A program made the position numbers and the translations under genes. The notes beneath the pieces are model-generated. The model did not search any database, was not told where the DNA came from, and saw nothing but the letters and a program-made list of their open reading frames with translations. Shown here piece by piece: positions 37,501 through 48,925 of a stretch of DNA of 64,000 bases. The stretch is from Trypethelium eluteriae. Taxonomy: Eukaryota. The stretch's first letter is position 1. Every line of letters begins with the position of its first letter. The stretch lies in assembly GCA_051942245.1 (NCBI GenBank), contig JAVECL010000043.1:1-64000 (forward strand), in the 5' to 3' direction.

Positions 37501-39256
37501 AAAGATATGCAGCGTGAAACTTGGCATTGCAGTCTTTCGCGAGGAGCATTACTTTACGACAATGTTCATCAGATGCGAGTCTCAGGCGCGACAACCACTT
37601 GGCATAAGATTTAACCCCCTGGCTCGAAACAGCAGGCCGAGAAAATGTGCTCATCTCAAATCGCTGATCTCGTAAACGCGGAGTCCTTGCCACATTGGTA
37701 ATTAGTCCTTAGCTATTTCCATGATGCGTTGTCTGACACTCGATTAACTGATCTACCATAGCAATGTCTTCCTACTAGGTGCTATTCAAGCATTCCTTGT
37801 GCCACTGTTCTGACAGGATTGTCTACCAGCCGCCAGGGTCCCGGTATTTGCATGGACCAGGCGGCCAGTTCATACTCCACAACATACACCGGATCCAAAG
37901 CCGGAGTCCTCCGGCTTCTGGAAAATCTTCATAAAACGCACCGGTGCTTGTGGTCCCAGCTCGAGGCTGCATTTACTTCATGACGCAATGCCATACTCGT
38001 GATCTTTTGCTCTTCTTTTGGTTGGTGTATCTAGTTTTCCTCGGTGTAGCATTGCACCGAGAACCTGCAACGATTAAAATTTTTGAACATGTGAGTAATT
38101 GGACATCTCGCGCGATTTGTCACGATCAAAAGGTACTTGGCGGGAAGAATCGATCCCCTTTCGCTCTTTCGACAGGAATAACTCAACACCCACGTATTTG
38201 GCAAGGCTCATAATGCGAAGACATAGTCTGTAAGCTTACTGCTTTTGAAAGAAACAAATATCTTGTTCAAATTCGAAAAAAAGTTTTGTCACAAAAATTG
38301 CAAAAAATGCAAGTCCAAAAAACTTGCTAAAAATCAGACAAAAGGTTGGCAGAACTTAAATTTTATATAAGACTTTAGCTTTCAATCCATTTTTCTTATC
38401 AGAACTTTCGTATTTCTTAAAGATAATATTAGCGCCAGAATCTTATAAGTATCAGCAATCATATTCCGGATCGAGCACCTGATTATCGGCTCTGTGCGTT
38501 GAGTTATTCACGATGCAGCTTCAAATTGAGTTATTTGGTCGAAGTGGCGACCTCGAAGAATAACCTTACCTAAGCGACGATCTAGTCACGTGATTGCATC
38601 CAGCGGAGTGAAGGTACAGGCCTGGTTCCTAGAGCAATGAATGTGAACGGCATCATTTGAGACTTTGTGTCGCAGGTCAACAATTCTTGACTCGTTTATA
38701 TTCTTAAGGCCGCTCACTTTAGAGGAGTCTCTTGGTCGGCCGCTGTTAATTGATAACATCTGAGGTCATCCTTACATGCCATCAACTCTCTTAATATTAG
38801 CATTCGTATTTGGATCGAGCTCTGCGAGGGGAGGGTTGGAACACATGAGAGGACAATAGCAGATTAACCATTTGATTTGCTTTCCCCCCCCTTGAAAATA
38901 GATCAGCTCGTGCCGTTGATAAGGGCAGGGACCTCACGAGGCTGCTATCTACTAGCTTTTTTGTCGGATGATTGATACATTGAGCTCTCAAACTTCAACC
39001 TTGCGACTCCGACTAATGAGCGCGGCTATCATGTGTGTCAGATCTGGTAGCTCTCCCTGAGAATCATTCAGACTTATAGAATGATGCGTTAGCCCGAGTA
39101 AAATTACATTCGACTTAGTGGCGGCGTGGAATCTCCGAATGGTTTGGATATGGGTTCTCTTCTAGGATCGAGCTCCTCGACCGTACCCATCTTTTAGGGA
39201 TTGCAACGCCCACGTTCACTTCTGATAACTTGTCGCATCTCAATGTTCGATTTACT

Positions 39257-40737
39257 TCATAGACGGCCTTTCAACTGTTTCCTATCAAAACAAGGATGGT
39301 GCCGGAAAGCCTCTTCACATGCCTGCTGCGTACATGAAGAAAGAAAACATGTTCTGCACCAGTCTGGACCTCCTGCCGGAGTACTGCAGACATAACACCA
39401 CATGGGCATTTTGCCATGCGCAACTGCAATTCTTGACTTCAGCTGGCGGTTAGTCACACCTTCTGATCCAAAAATATAATTTTTCACCAAGTTGGGATCG
39501 GTCATGGAAAGGTCGAGTTTCGGAAGCCAGCGAACCCACATACTTCTCTTCAGCATCGCACCATTTATTGGAAACTTGCTACTTCTGTGGCGTTCAATCA
39601 AGATCATGGAATCCAAACCACGTATCGGATTTCTCTCAGCACCAGGCATCGCTGTTCTTGCCTCTGCTTCCCACACTAAGTCCCGTACAATACGCCCGAC
39701 GCTTTTACTTCTGTCTGGCCAATTTTCCGTTTGTGCTGCCTTAAGGATGTCTATTGCTTCAATCAAGACTGGAGTTTGGACAGGTTGAGTAACGAGATTC
39801 CTCCAAAAAGCTGTCATGAGCATCTGGGAATCTTTTGTCACAAAGCCTGCCTTTTTCATCATTTGACCGCCAAAGTTCACGGCAAATCCGCACAGGCCAA
39901 GCCCTTTTCCAAACAGGACAATGTCGGGACCGCAGGATTTTGCAGTGGAAACCGCGTATTCTTCGCGTTGGAAACAGAAGGGGGAGCCGCATCGTATGGC
40001 CGTCAGAGCCTCGTCTACAATCAAGAACAAGTTATTTTCCAGGCATGCTTCTCGTAATTTCGAAAAGAAATATGGCGATATGGGTAAGCCGTTCGTAGTA
40101 GATACCATTTCAAGAACTACTGCAATGCAGCCGATGCTCTTCGCCTCGCACAATCGATCTTTTAGGTCAGCAGCAAGTGAATCATCTGGCTCAATTACGA
40201 ATGGCTCAGGTCCAGCACCTAAGGAAAGATCCCACTCTTTACTAATGTAGGCCTATTTCATTGTTAATTTCAACGTGATTTCTATTTGAAGGGGGAGATC
40301 TAACTCACCAAATGCCCATATGCTGCACCATACGCACCACGGATCACCGCAAACCTTGGTGCAGTGATGTGGCAATTATTCCATCCGTAGAACCGTTTTA
40401 TGGGTTCGATCATCTCAGGCTGAACCATGCGTGTTGGAATGCTAGAATCCAGACCCAGGAGAATGCTGACTCCAGCGGTGTATAGCAAGAAACCCGTGAT
40501 CAGACTAGGGTTTGATGCATCACTGACGTGGGCGTGAAACGAGAGAGGGATAAAGCCATCGAAGAATTCCATGAAGAGATTCGTATACTCAGCTAAAATT
40601 TCGTCATAGCGTAGCTCAACCGATGCGCGATTCGACTTGTATTCATCCCATAGATTGCTCAAGGGGAGGCATATTGTGTAGCGTCGGCCCCATGAGCCGT
40701 GGAAATCATGATCAGGGAGCACAATATCATTCCCCAT
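39257..40737 (-). CDS. Class III PLP-dependent aminotransferase-like protein with C-terminal Cys/His zinc-finger-like tail, 2 exons
   Basis: Intron 40253-40308 joins the two ORFs in frame. Motifs 'GAYGAAYG', 'IAVVLE', 'LIVDEALTAIRCG' and 'PDIVLFGKGLG' (PLP lysine). Tail CYVC-x9-CRTC-x4-C-x4-C-x6-H-x-C. Confidence 0.82.
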
Positions 40738-41307
40738 CGCAAGATAGACTGAGTGAATGGTTTTTCTTTAAATGTGAGGGATCACGAGATATCGTGCCTT
40801 TCCGTCGCGGATGTTAACGCTCCTTAATGATTGAGGGAAACTCAAATACTAAAACAGGCACTTACCCCTCTGGCTTTTCACGCTGTCAAATACTACCTTC
40901 CTTTTTGCTCTACTAGCTTACGCTTGCAGGACATATGCAATATGTGCACACTGTCCTAATTGAAAGGCTGTTTGGTACCCACATTCGGCTCGAAACGATA
41001 TCGGCTACTTTTCTGCCTGAAGTTTCTGCACTGCAGAGCAGGCACTCACCAATGGACGTGCAAAGAGCGATTGTTAGGCAAGCGAACGCGCTAGCGAGCT
41101 GCAATACTGATCACGGTGGCAGCCTGCCCACGGACGCAGTGCAGCGTGTGATTCATGCGTCTAGCTGGCACTGTGCCTCTACTAGCTCACTACCTGTTGA
41201 ACCCCACAGGCTTTCATTCGAATCCCACAAGATAAAGAGACGCTCATTTTTGAATTTGTAAAAATCACAACTCAGTATATTTGGGAACTGAAGTCAGCGT
41301 CATCAAT

Positions 41308-42351
41308 ATGGCAGTTACCACAGCAAGCATGGTCTTTTTAAAGCGAGACTCATGGCCTAGTAACGAAAAGCCATATGTACTGTTGTATCCCCCTAGTGAC
41401 GATCTTTCACAATCCAACTATACAGATGAGCCTGTTGATGATATCCCCATCCACGATATGAGACCCCTCATCGACGAATTTTCGCTCGATAGAGAAGGCT
41501 TCATGGTGGGCAAGTTGGATTCCAGGCTTTCCTACACCGATTTCGCAAACGAGACAAAGCTTAGGTCGGTGTATGCGGATGAAGTGCGAAGATACCTGTT
41601 GAATCTCCTTGGTGCGCGCCCCGCGTACATACACGAATGTGTGGTAAGTGAAAAGTAAGCGGATAATGGCCATCGAATAACCTTGCCAAGATTAGGCAAC
41701 GTGGAGATCGCACACCAAGAGAAAACAATGGTCATGGGCAACCAGTTTCCTACGTTCACACTGGTGAGTTTCCTGTGTACTACGGGAGAAACGGCTTGAG
41801 TAGAAATCGACTACTTATCTTGCCAGATTACACGAAGCAGTATGTCGAAAAATTGATCAAACAGCTTGCCGGAGAAAAGGCAGGCTTGATCACAAAGTCA
41901 AGATTCCAAATGATAAAGTTCGTCACTTATCACTTTCCTCCTTCGTGACAAGCAACTGATGTGGCAGCAGCGTCTGGAAACCGCTACGAGGGCCATTGAA
42001 GGATTGGCCATTAGCAATTTGCGATCTTCAGTCACTGCGACAGAGCGATCTTCACCCACTAGATGAAGTTCACCGACACGATGTTCTGGAGTCACATTTG
42101 GTTACGTACCAGCCCGGGCAAAAGTGGTACTACTTGAGCGAGCAAGATCCATCTGAAGTGTTGATATTCAAATCTGTGGACTCATGTGTCAAGGGCGAAG
42201 GTGAGTCGAACATGGCGCGTTCTAACTACAGGATCAGAGGATCAACAACTGATGATGATTGCAAGTGCCACATGGCTCGTTTTCAGATCCGAGATACCTG
42301 AATGCACAGCCACGAGAGAGCATTGAATGTAGGGTGTTGGTAGTGTACTGA
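41308..42351 (+). CDS. AsaB/CmcJ/GA4-desaturase-like Fe(II)/2-oxoglutarate-type oxygenase, 5 exons
   Basis: 'IHDMRP..FSLDREGF', 'PVSYVHT|DYT' (HxD), 'N|VWKPLRGPLKDWPLAICD', 'QKWYYLSEQDPSEVLIFK', 'VPHGSF' and 'PRESIECRVLV'. Four canonical introns restore one frame. Confidence 0.85.
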
Positions 42352-43395
42352 TGCCCGTTTTGTACGTACATGCGGACCGCGAGGGTTTATCATTGTTGAG
42401 GTCTCCAAATAGTGGAATGCGAGGTTTTCGTGAATTTTGCATTTTTCTGATTTATCTGATGTCCGCCTGAGTATTGACCGATCTAAGAGAGCAAATGAAG
42501 GTAGGTGGTAGTCACGTGCTACCGTTTCGTCCCGTCAAAACCCCCCCCTGACACTTAGTCCCACTGCAATCAAGTCAATGAACGTCATAGTAGGCTAGAG
42601 AGATTGCTGCGCTGTCATAGCAAACTGATGATTCGTCGTTTCCAAGCATGAAATGAAATACCCCGTTCGTCTTATACTTCAACCTCCGGCCGTGCTTGAA
42701 CAGCTCCCACTGGACTGCCCAGTACGGTAGTCGATTTCCTAACAGTATCAACTTTAGTCAAAAATGCCTACTAGAATGTAACGAAAGAAGTATTTACCAG
42801 ACTTCAGTTCTGAAGACCGTCCTGAAGATTATCGAGGAAACGCCCAATATTATCCAGCCTCATAACATTGGTGCCATCGGCGGAATAGGTTTCATTTGGT
42901 TGAGCGCCCTTGGCTGCTCCTGCTGTAGCCGAAAGAGCAGGGAAGGTCAACTTATCCTTGCTCAGAGCATTCGCAGGCCAGTTTGCCTTCCAAGGCTGTT
43001 CTTTGGGTTGATCGTCCATTTTGTAGAGCTCGAAGTAAGTTTGGGTTGGAAGAAGTCTGTTCGAATAAACGCTTTGGGGGAGGCTGAGTACCGACAACAG
43101 AGACTGCCGCGTTCTTTATAGTTGAAGAGACTCTAGCCAACGCATCACCGGGCATTTTCGATGCATGTACACGAATTCCCGTGCAGCCGGCTAATAAAGA
43201 GGGCACGAATGGTGGCAAAGAGACTGGGAAGAGAGGAGATTTTGGAAAGGTAATCGGCGATGGTAGATTGATTTGATAGACCACGAGGTCTGCGGACAAA
43301 GCCTCTGACGTGGAAAGTGATGCCAGCCAGCGTCAACGAGCGCCCTTCAATCTAATCTCGGCGCGGCAAGCTCTATTGAGTACGGAATAGGGGAT

Positions 43396-43464
43396 GAGGC
43401 ACAGTAATATGAGGAGACGAGGCACAGTGAAATGAGAAAATGAGGCACAGTGAATTGAGAGCAA
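43396..43464 (+). repeat. Three tandem 23-bp units with core GAGGCACAGTRA
   Basis: Cores start at 43396, 43419 and 43442, an exact 23-bp period. Confidence 0.8.
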
Positions 43465-44157
43465 CCACACTTCCTCGAGTGCATCACTCCTCTTATAAAC
43501 TCCCCATCTCAACTACTTGCATATCTAAATACATTTAGCAGCGCTTAGAGACTCGTATTCATCCGAGACATGTGCTTATACTTTTACCCTTCGCACCTTA
43601 ATCCTATTGCTCTAAGTCTTGAACTCTGAGTGGGACGAGTAGATCTGCACTGTGAAACATAACGGAGAGCTTAGCTCGGTTGGAGTAATCTACTAGTTGG
43701 GGCAGTGGTTGTTGGCAGTTCCCGACGGCACAGAATCCATATTGTACCTAATTGGCAGGTGATCGAAAGCGTGGTCCAATGCATGTTACATCACGCAGTT
43801 ACCTAGTTTCTAGGCTGCAGCGAGACGTCCGTGTTGAGACATTATGCAAATGCAAATGTACCCCGTGCGCATAACGAGGCTAAGGCTGGGATACACAAAA
43901 GCACCCACTAGGCCTAGTCGATCTTCAAATCTTTGCAGGCCTGAAAGCGATGTCGGAATGAAAGAGCTTCTGCGGTTCTGCGGCGTCATTGAGAGCTCTC
44001 CTCCTACTCTGATCTCCCCTTGGCTAGTCTAACGAGACTTTACAAATTTCTCGACAACAGCTCCACCACATCATCGTAACATTCTACACAGGTCTCGGTG
44101 CGGTGAGCAGAAAATCAAATGCGGGGAGCAAGCCAAATACATTGAAAACTAAGCGTC

Positions 44158-45480
44158 ATGATGAGCGATGCTGCCCAGGTCCGAGGTCCCCGTACGCTGA
44201 ACGACTTTCTCTTCAAATATTTACCTGTTCAGTATGTTCGGCTGCACTGGCAGGACTTTTCTGGAGTTGTAAGAACCCGGCTCATCCCCAAATGGCGGGC
44301 TCTAGACATAGCTCAAGGGAGCGAGTCCTACACCCTGGCGCAAGACTGTATGATCATGCCAGTGTCAACGGCACCAGAAGCATTCCCAGATAGGCCTCAA
44401 CGGTGGGAACTTCACCCAGACTGGGAGTTTATTCGATTATGCGGCTTCAATCCTATTCATGCGGCCGTCATGTGTTTTGTCGCCCACCGAGATATCGAAC
44501 AAAGATACGCCAAGTGCCCTCGAAGTCTGCTAAACTCGAAGCTCACAGAGCTCAATAACCTCCATGGTGAGCGATTGCTCATCGGCTTCGAAATCGAATT
44601 TGTTCTTCTCGACGAGACCATGCAACTCGCAAAGCCTTTCGAACCGATAGGCAATTACTCTGTGACGGCTGGCCTCCGTGGCGAATATCTCACAATCATA
44701 GAAGAGATCCTCGATGCCTTGGAGGCATCATCGATCAAGGTTTACGATTTCCACGGTGAAGTTGCAGACCAGCTGGAAATCACCACTGCGCCCTTGCCAC
44801 CAATAGAAGCTATCGACGCGCTGTTATTTGCCCAGGAAACAATTCGGACCGTCTTCGTGCGGCATCGCCTCAAGGCAAGTATGTACACAGAACCAGCCAT
44901 CCACGGCCCGCAAAACGGGTGCCATATGCACCTTTCAATCACCCCTAAAACCTCTGCAGATCCATTTCTAGCCGGAATTATGGAGAACATGAAGTCTCTG
45001 TGTGCTTTCGGTATGCCAAACGTAGATAGTTACGCGCGCGTGTGCGTGGCCGATGATGGCGCTGGACTCAGGATTGGCTGGGGAACAAAAAATCGCGACC
45101 TACCGGTGAGAAGGATAGCTGATGCGCGCTGGGAGATTAGGTTTCTCGACTGCATAGCAAATTTATATTTGTTCGTTGCTGCTGTAGCTGCTGCTGGTCT
45201 GAACGGTATCCGGTCCCAGAAGATGCTGAAGTGGAGAGATGCTGATTGTTTCCTCAACAAGTTCAGTGCAGAGGAACGCGAGGCAAAGTTTGGCATTACT
45301 CAGGATATGCCGCACTCTCTCCGCGAGACCCTTGACAGTCTCAGGGAGAACAATTCAATCCGAGAATGGATCGGAGAAGCTTTGACGGAACAATACACGG
45401 CTGTGAAGGAAATAGAGATCAAGGAGTTCCGAAAGATTACTGACGAGGAAAGACGGCTTAAGTTTCTCGGCTTCTTTTAG
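44158..45480 (+). CDS. Stand-alone glutamine synthetase I-like protein (FluG C-terminal type; probable gamma-glutamyl ligase), intronless
   Basis: 'VRLHWQDFSGVVRTR', 'CPRSLL', 'IGFEIEF', 'FHGEVADQLEI', 'NGCHMHLS', 'SYARV', 'WGTKNRDLPVR' and 'RWEIRFLDCIANLY'. No N-terminal amidohydrolase domain. Confidence 0.9.
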   Translation: MMSDAAQVRGPRTLNDFLFKYLPVQYVRLHWQDFSGVVRTRLIPKWRALDIAQGSESYTLAQDCMIMPVSTAPEAFPDRPQRWELHPDWEFIRLCGFNPIHAAVMCFVAHRDIEQRYAKCPRSLLNSKLTELNNLHGERLLIGFEIEFVLLDETMQLAKPFEPIGNYSVTAGLRGEYLTIIEEILDALEASSIKVYDFHGEVADQLEITTAPLPPIEAIDALLFAQETIRTVFVRHRLKASMYTEPAIHGPQNGCHMHLSITPKTSADPFLAGIMENMKSLCAFGMPNVDSYARVCVADDGAGLRIGWGTKNRDLPVRRIADARWEIRFLDCIANLYLFVAAVAAAGLNGIRSQKMLKWRDADCFLNKFSAEEREAKFGITQDMPHSLRETLDSLRENNSIREWIGEALTEQYTAVKEIEIKEFRKITDEERRLKFLGFF

Positions 45481-45789
45481 TGGAAGCGAATTTGGTCTCC
45501 CATTCCAATGTAATTAGCTGGTCCCCATTCGAGTAAGCCGGGGCACCTTCAACGCAGTGAAGATGAGGTCCACGACACTCGCTGGGGACTCTCCCAAAAT
45601 TAATGCGGTGCCAACCATGATCATTCTCTCATCTGTGCTGTTTAGTATTTTTATGATGACGCAGTAAGGCAACCCGCGAAGCGCGGGATAAAGTAAAGGT
45701 GGGTATATTCTAGATTCCTAAAAAAAATTAGTAAGTACCGTTCATTTGAGTGGAAAATCATGAACATGTCAGCTACAAAGGATATCTCG

Positions 45790-46900
45790 CTTGGAACGAA
45801 TTTTTATTACTAGCGATGGACGAAGAACGCTTTCAGCATACCCACAATAATGAAGAGACAGCCAAATACGATAACGAAACCTTCGGTGCCGGGTGGCAGG
45901 CCTCGTGCAGGAAGCAGTCAGGACGTGTTGCTGTCAACAAAGGCTGTCGGAATCTTTAGTGGCTGTCATGGAATGAGCTATCCGGAAATGTAGAGCTTGT
46001 GAATGGTGTAGGACACGAAAGCAATAAAAATTGACCCTGCGTTATGTCCATAGATTTGTGCGTAAGGATCTGCGTCGACGAGATGCCTAATTTTAAAATC
46101 GTATGCAAAGACTCCTGTCTGACTCACGCCAGCACAAGCAATCACTGAGGCTATTATATTAGCAATTAGAGCGGCTGACTTCGCCCGCAGCACTGTTGCC
46201 GCGAAGAAAATTTGCGAGACTGTCCTAAAATTACCGTAACAAGGACGGAAGAATGATCGGAAGACGAGATACATTCACCCAGTGTCGTCTTTAGGGCTAA
46301 AACCAGGCGCTGATAGGCATCTTACTGCAATTAGGGACATTGATAGAGCTAAGACAACGGCCAGCAGTACGTAGTACCATGGGAATGATGAGAACAGCAA
46401 CAGCATCATTGGTCTAATCATCTCGTACGATCGAGTTCGTCCGGAGCGTCGGTTGTCTCGTGAGTCGATGCCAGTGTTTGAACGGTTACCGTTGCGCCAG
46501 GCCAAGGTTGTGGCCCCCGAACCACAAGCCGTTCTCGTAGTGAGGCTGCAGAAGGCGATACCAAAGAAAATTGATGCGAGTGACTGAATGACTACTTGCA
46601 CGTCGCTCAAGTAGAGCATCTTCGGGTGTGAGGACAAATTGAAGTGCCAGAATCGTCTATGAAAAAGTCGGCGGCCACTGGCACGCAGCCAGATGAGAAC
46701 ATTTTTTGCGGTAGATAGTGGCCTTGAAGTGAACTTGCGGAAGAGCTTGAAGAGCATAAAACATATGAGGCCAGATGCAGTGGACATCTGCAAGCTCGCA
46801 CCCACCCGAAGACAATAGTAGGTGTTCGTCAGACTCACAAGAATACCAATGGCGAGCCTAGCCAGAAGAGCCCGAAGTGAGAAACTCGTCTCTGGCACAA
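45790..46900 (-). pseudogene. Decayed OPT/YSL-family oligopeptide transporter
   Basis: Fragments 'FSLRALL..LAIGILVSLTNTYYCLRVG', 'GCVPVAADF', 'YDFKIRHLVDADPYAQIYG..AGSIF' and 'RGLPPG' lie in shifting frames with internal stops. Total length is far shorter than an intact OPT. Confidence 0.78.
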
Positions 46901-47869
46901 AAACTGTCTGAGCACGGCTTCACTTTCCTCTAGAAAAGTCCTTGCTCGGTTGTCGATCGGATCCAGGTGCCAGATTGCAATATTCCGTGCGGCCTGTATA
47001 ATCTCCGCTCTATGATCCGGACTGACTCCCTATGAACGCTGAGTAGACGATCTCTTTAACACTTGCTCATTTGCATCCCCATACACAATGAGCGCAAGAC
47101 AGCGGACTCATAACGGAACGAGGCGTTGTAGAAGTTCAGGGAGCATCCCGCAAAACTAGACGGGACGGACGCTAGCGTAACTTATGTAATTAGAGCACGG
47201 ACAGGGTTTACTGTTACCGCGCACGCCCCTTCAGACTGCCAACAACGCGCTTAGTGCTCTTCTAAAGTGTATCATTTGCACACAGCCTAATCGACTCTTT
47301 ATGGACTCTTCCCATGGTTCAAGGGCGACCTTGAAACTCCTACTCGCGATCAAACGACACGCTGAATGCTAACAGTTAGACAACATTCGTACAGATTTAA
47401 TTCACGTACAGAATCCAATGGAGCTACCATAAGCCTACATCATTCAGCGTTGTCGCACTTTCGCATAGCGGCCTGCCGCATACCGTTCAAGCCTGGTCAG
47501 ACGGAGAAGGACGTTGGCTTTGCAGGGTTCTTCCTACTTTGACAGCCTCTACAGACGACTAAGATTGGTAATGTGCAACTATTTGCGAAGAAATGGTTGA
47601 GCATGAAATTGAAGACAAATGAACACAAGAGTCCTCCGCCGCACGTCGGGCGAGACAGCTGGGAACATTGGACGTTACTGCGGCTGTTTCTTCTAATAGG
47701 TCTGGGTTTGAGATGGTCCCGTCGCTGGAGGCTATGACTGGAGCGGTCAACGAAATCAATCCTCCCCCTCCAGTAAATGAAACCTCACAGCAGAAACCTG
47801 ACTTTCACGGCTGGGAAAGTTTTCTCAAGAAGACTCAAGAAGCTTTCGTTCCATCGCGATAAAAAAGTG

Positions 47870-48925
47870 AGGACTTGGGGTCTCAAGATATTCACAGTTT
47901 GCGGACTTGTGGCTTGGGCAAAACTCAAGTCGAAGTAGAGTTCGCTCCTGCCGCGTACAATGACTTTGATGCTATTGTTTCTTAAATAGTAAGTGATACG
48001 AGCAAAGTGACGCAGGCTCAGGTCGAGATATGCACGGAAGCTGGCCTCGAGTTGTAGGATCCTGCCATATAACAGGTCATATGTAAGAAAAATATGCTTG
48101 AGTGGTTATCTTATCTTGTTCGGAAAATACAAGAGAACGTGAACTAAGTCCGCCGAGACGACTGATGGACTTTGACAATAATGATGATTCAACCGTCCTT
48201 CGAGACTACTGGCCTGTTCTAGAGAACGACTCCATCCTCATCGCTAGCCGGGGTGTCCTGGCTAAAACCCGAACTCATGTTTCGACTAGCCACGGCATTG
48301 ATCAAGAACCTTTCAACCTGGAAGAATCTGGTCAAGTTCTCCGTAGAATTACTGATTTCAATGGCATAGGACCCGGGGCATGTTTGGATATCCGAAAGAA
48401 TTGGAAATGAGCTGAGCGGTCTTCAGCTAGTCCTTGCGCAAGTTGCCGGAACCATCGAACGCTGTGACCTGGACTTTGAAGTATTCTCGGAGCTCTATAA
48501 GCATTTTGGTCCTACGAACAGATATATTTCGCATGTTCATTGATCGAGGCGCGAGAGCGATCACTCGCCTCCAGACAGCCTACTATTCTTTGTTGTCATC
48601 GTAACGAGATCCCGATCTGCTAGGCGGAAGACGCAGCTGTACACAATCACTTCACGCTGTGTGGGCGCTCGAGGATCCATCGGTAGAGGCTTTGAGTTTC
48701 ATGATTGCGGTAACGTTCCTGGATCCAGATCAGATTCTGGAAAGCCTCCTTAAGATGAACGATCGAAAACAAGGGGAGAGGCCCGCGAATTTTCCGCTGA
48801 CAGCGCGAACACATACTTCCGCACGGCCTGAGCTAACAAAATCCTCAGTGTTAGAACGTAATTTGCCCAAAAATGTGCTGAGAATACACCAAATCACTCA
48901 AGATATCGTACGTATGAGGATGTAG
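47870..48925 (+). pseudogene. Decayed NB-ARC (NLR-like) gene
   Basis: Eroded P-loop 'CGLGKTQVEVEFA', Walker B-like 'DFDNNDD..LRDYWP', GLPL-like 'LSGLQLVLAQVAGTI', 'FLDPDQILESLL' and 'LRIHQITQDIVR', interrupted by stops and frameshifts. Confidence 0.75.

Noticed and set aside
43396..43464. CRISPR-like array
   Set aside because: Eukaryotic context, only three 23-bp units with similar 'spacers', and no cas genes.
43421..43655. CACAGTG/CACTGTG heptamers resembling RAG/Transib recombination signals
   Set aside because: No nonamer at 12/23 spacing and no transposase; treated only as a tandem repeat.
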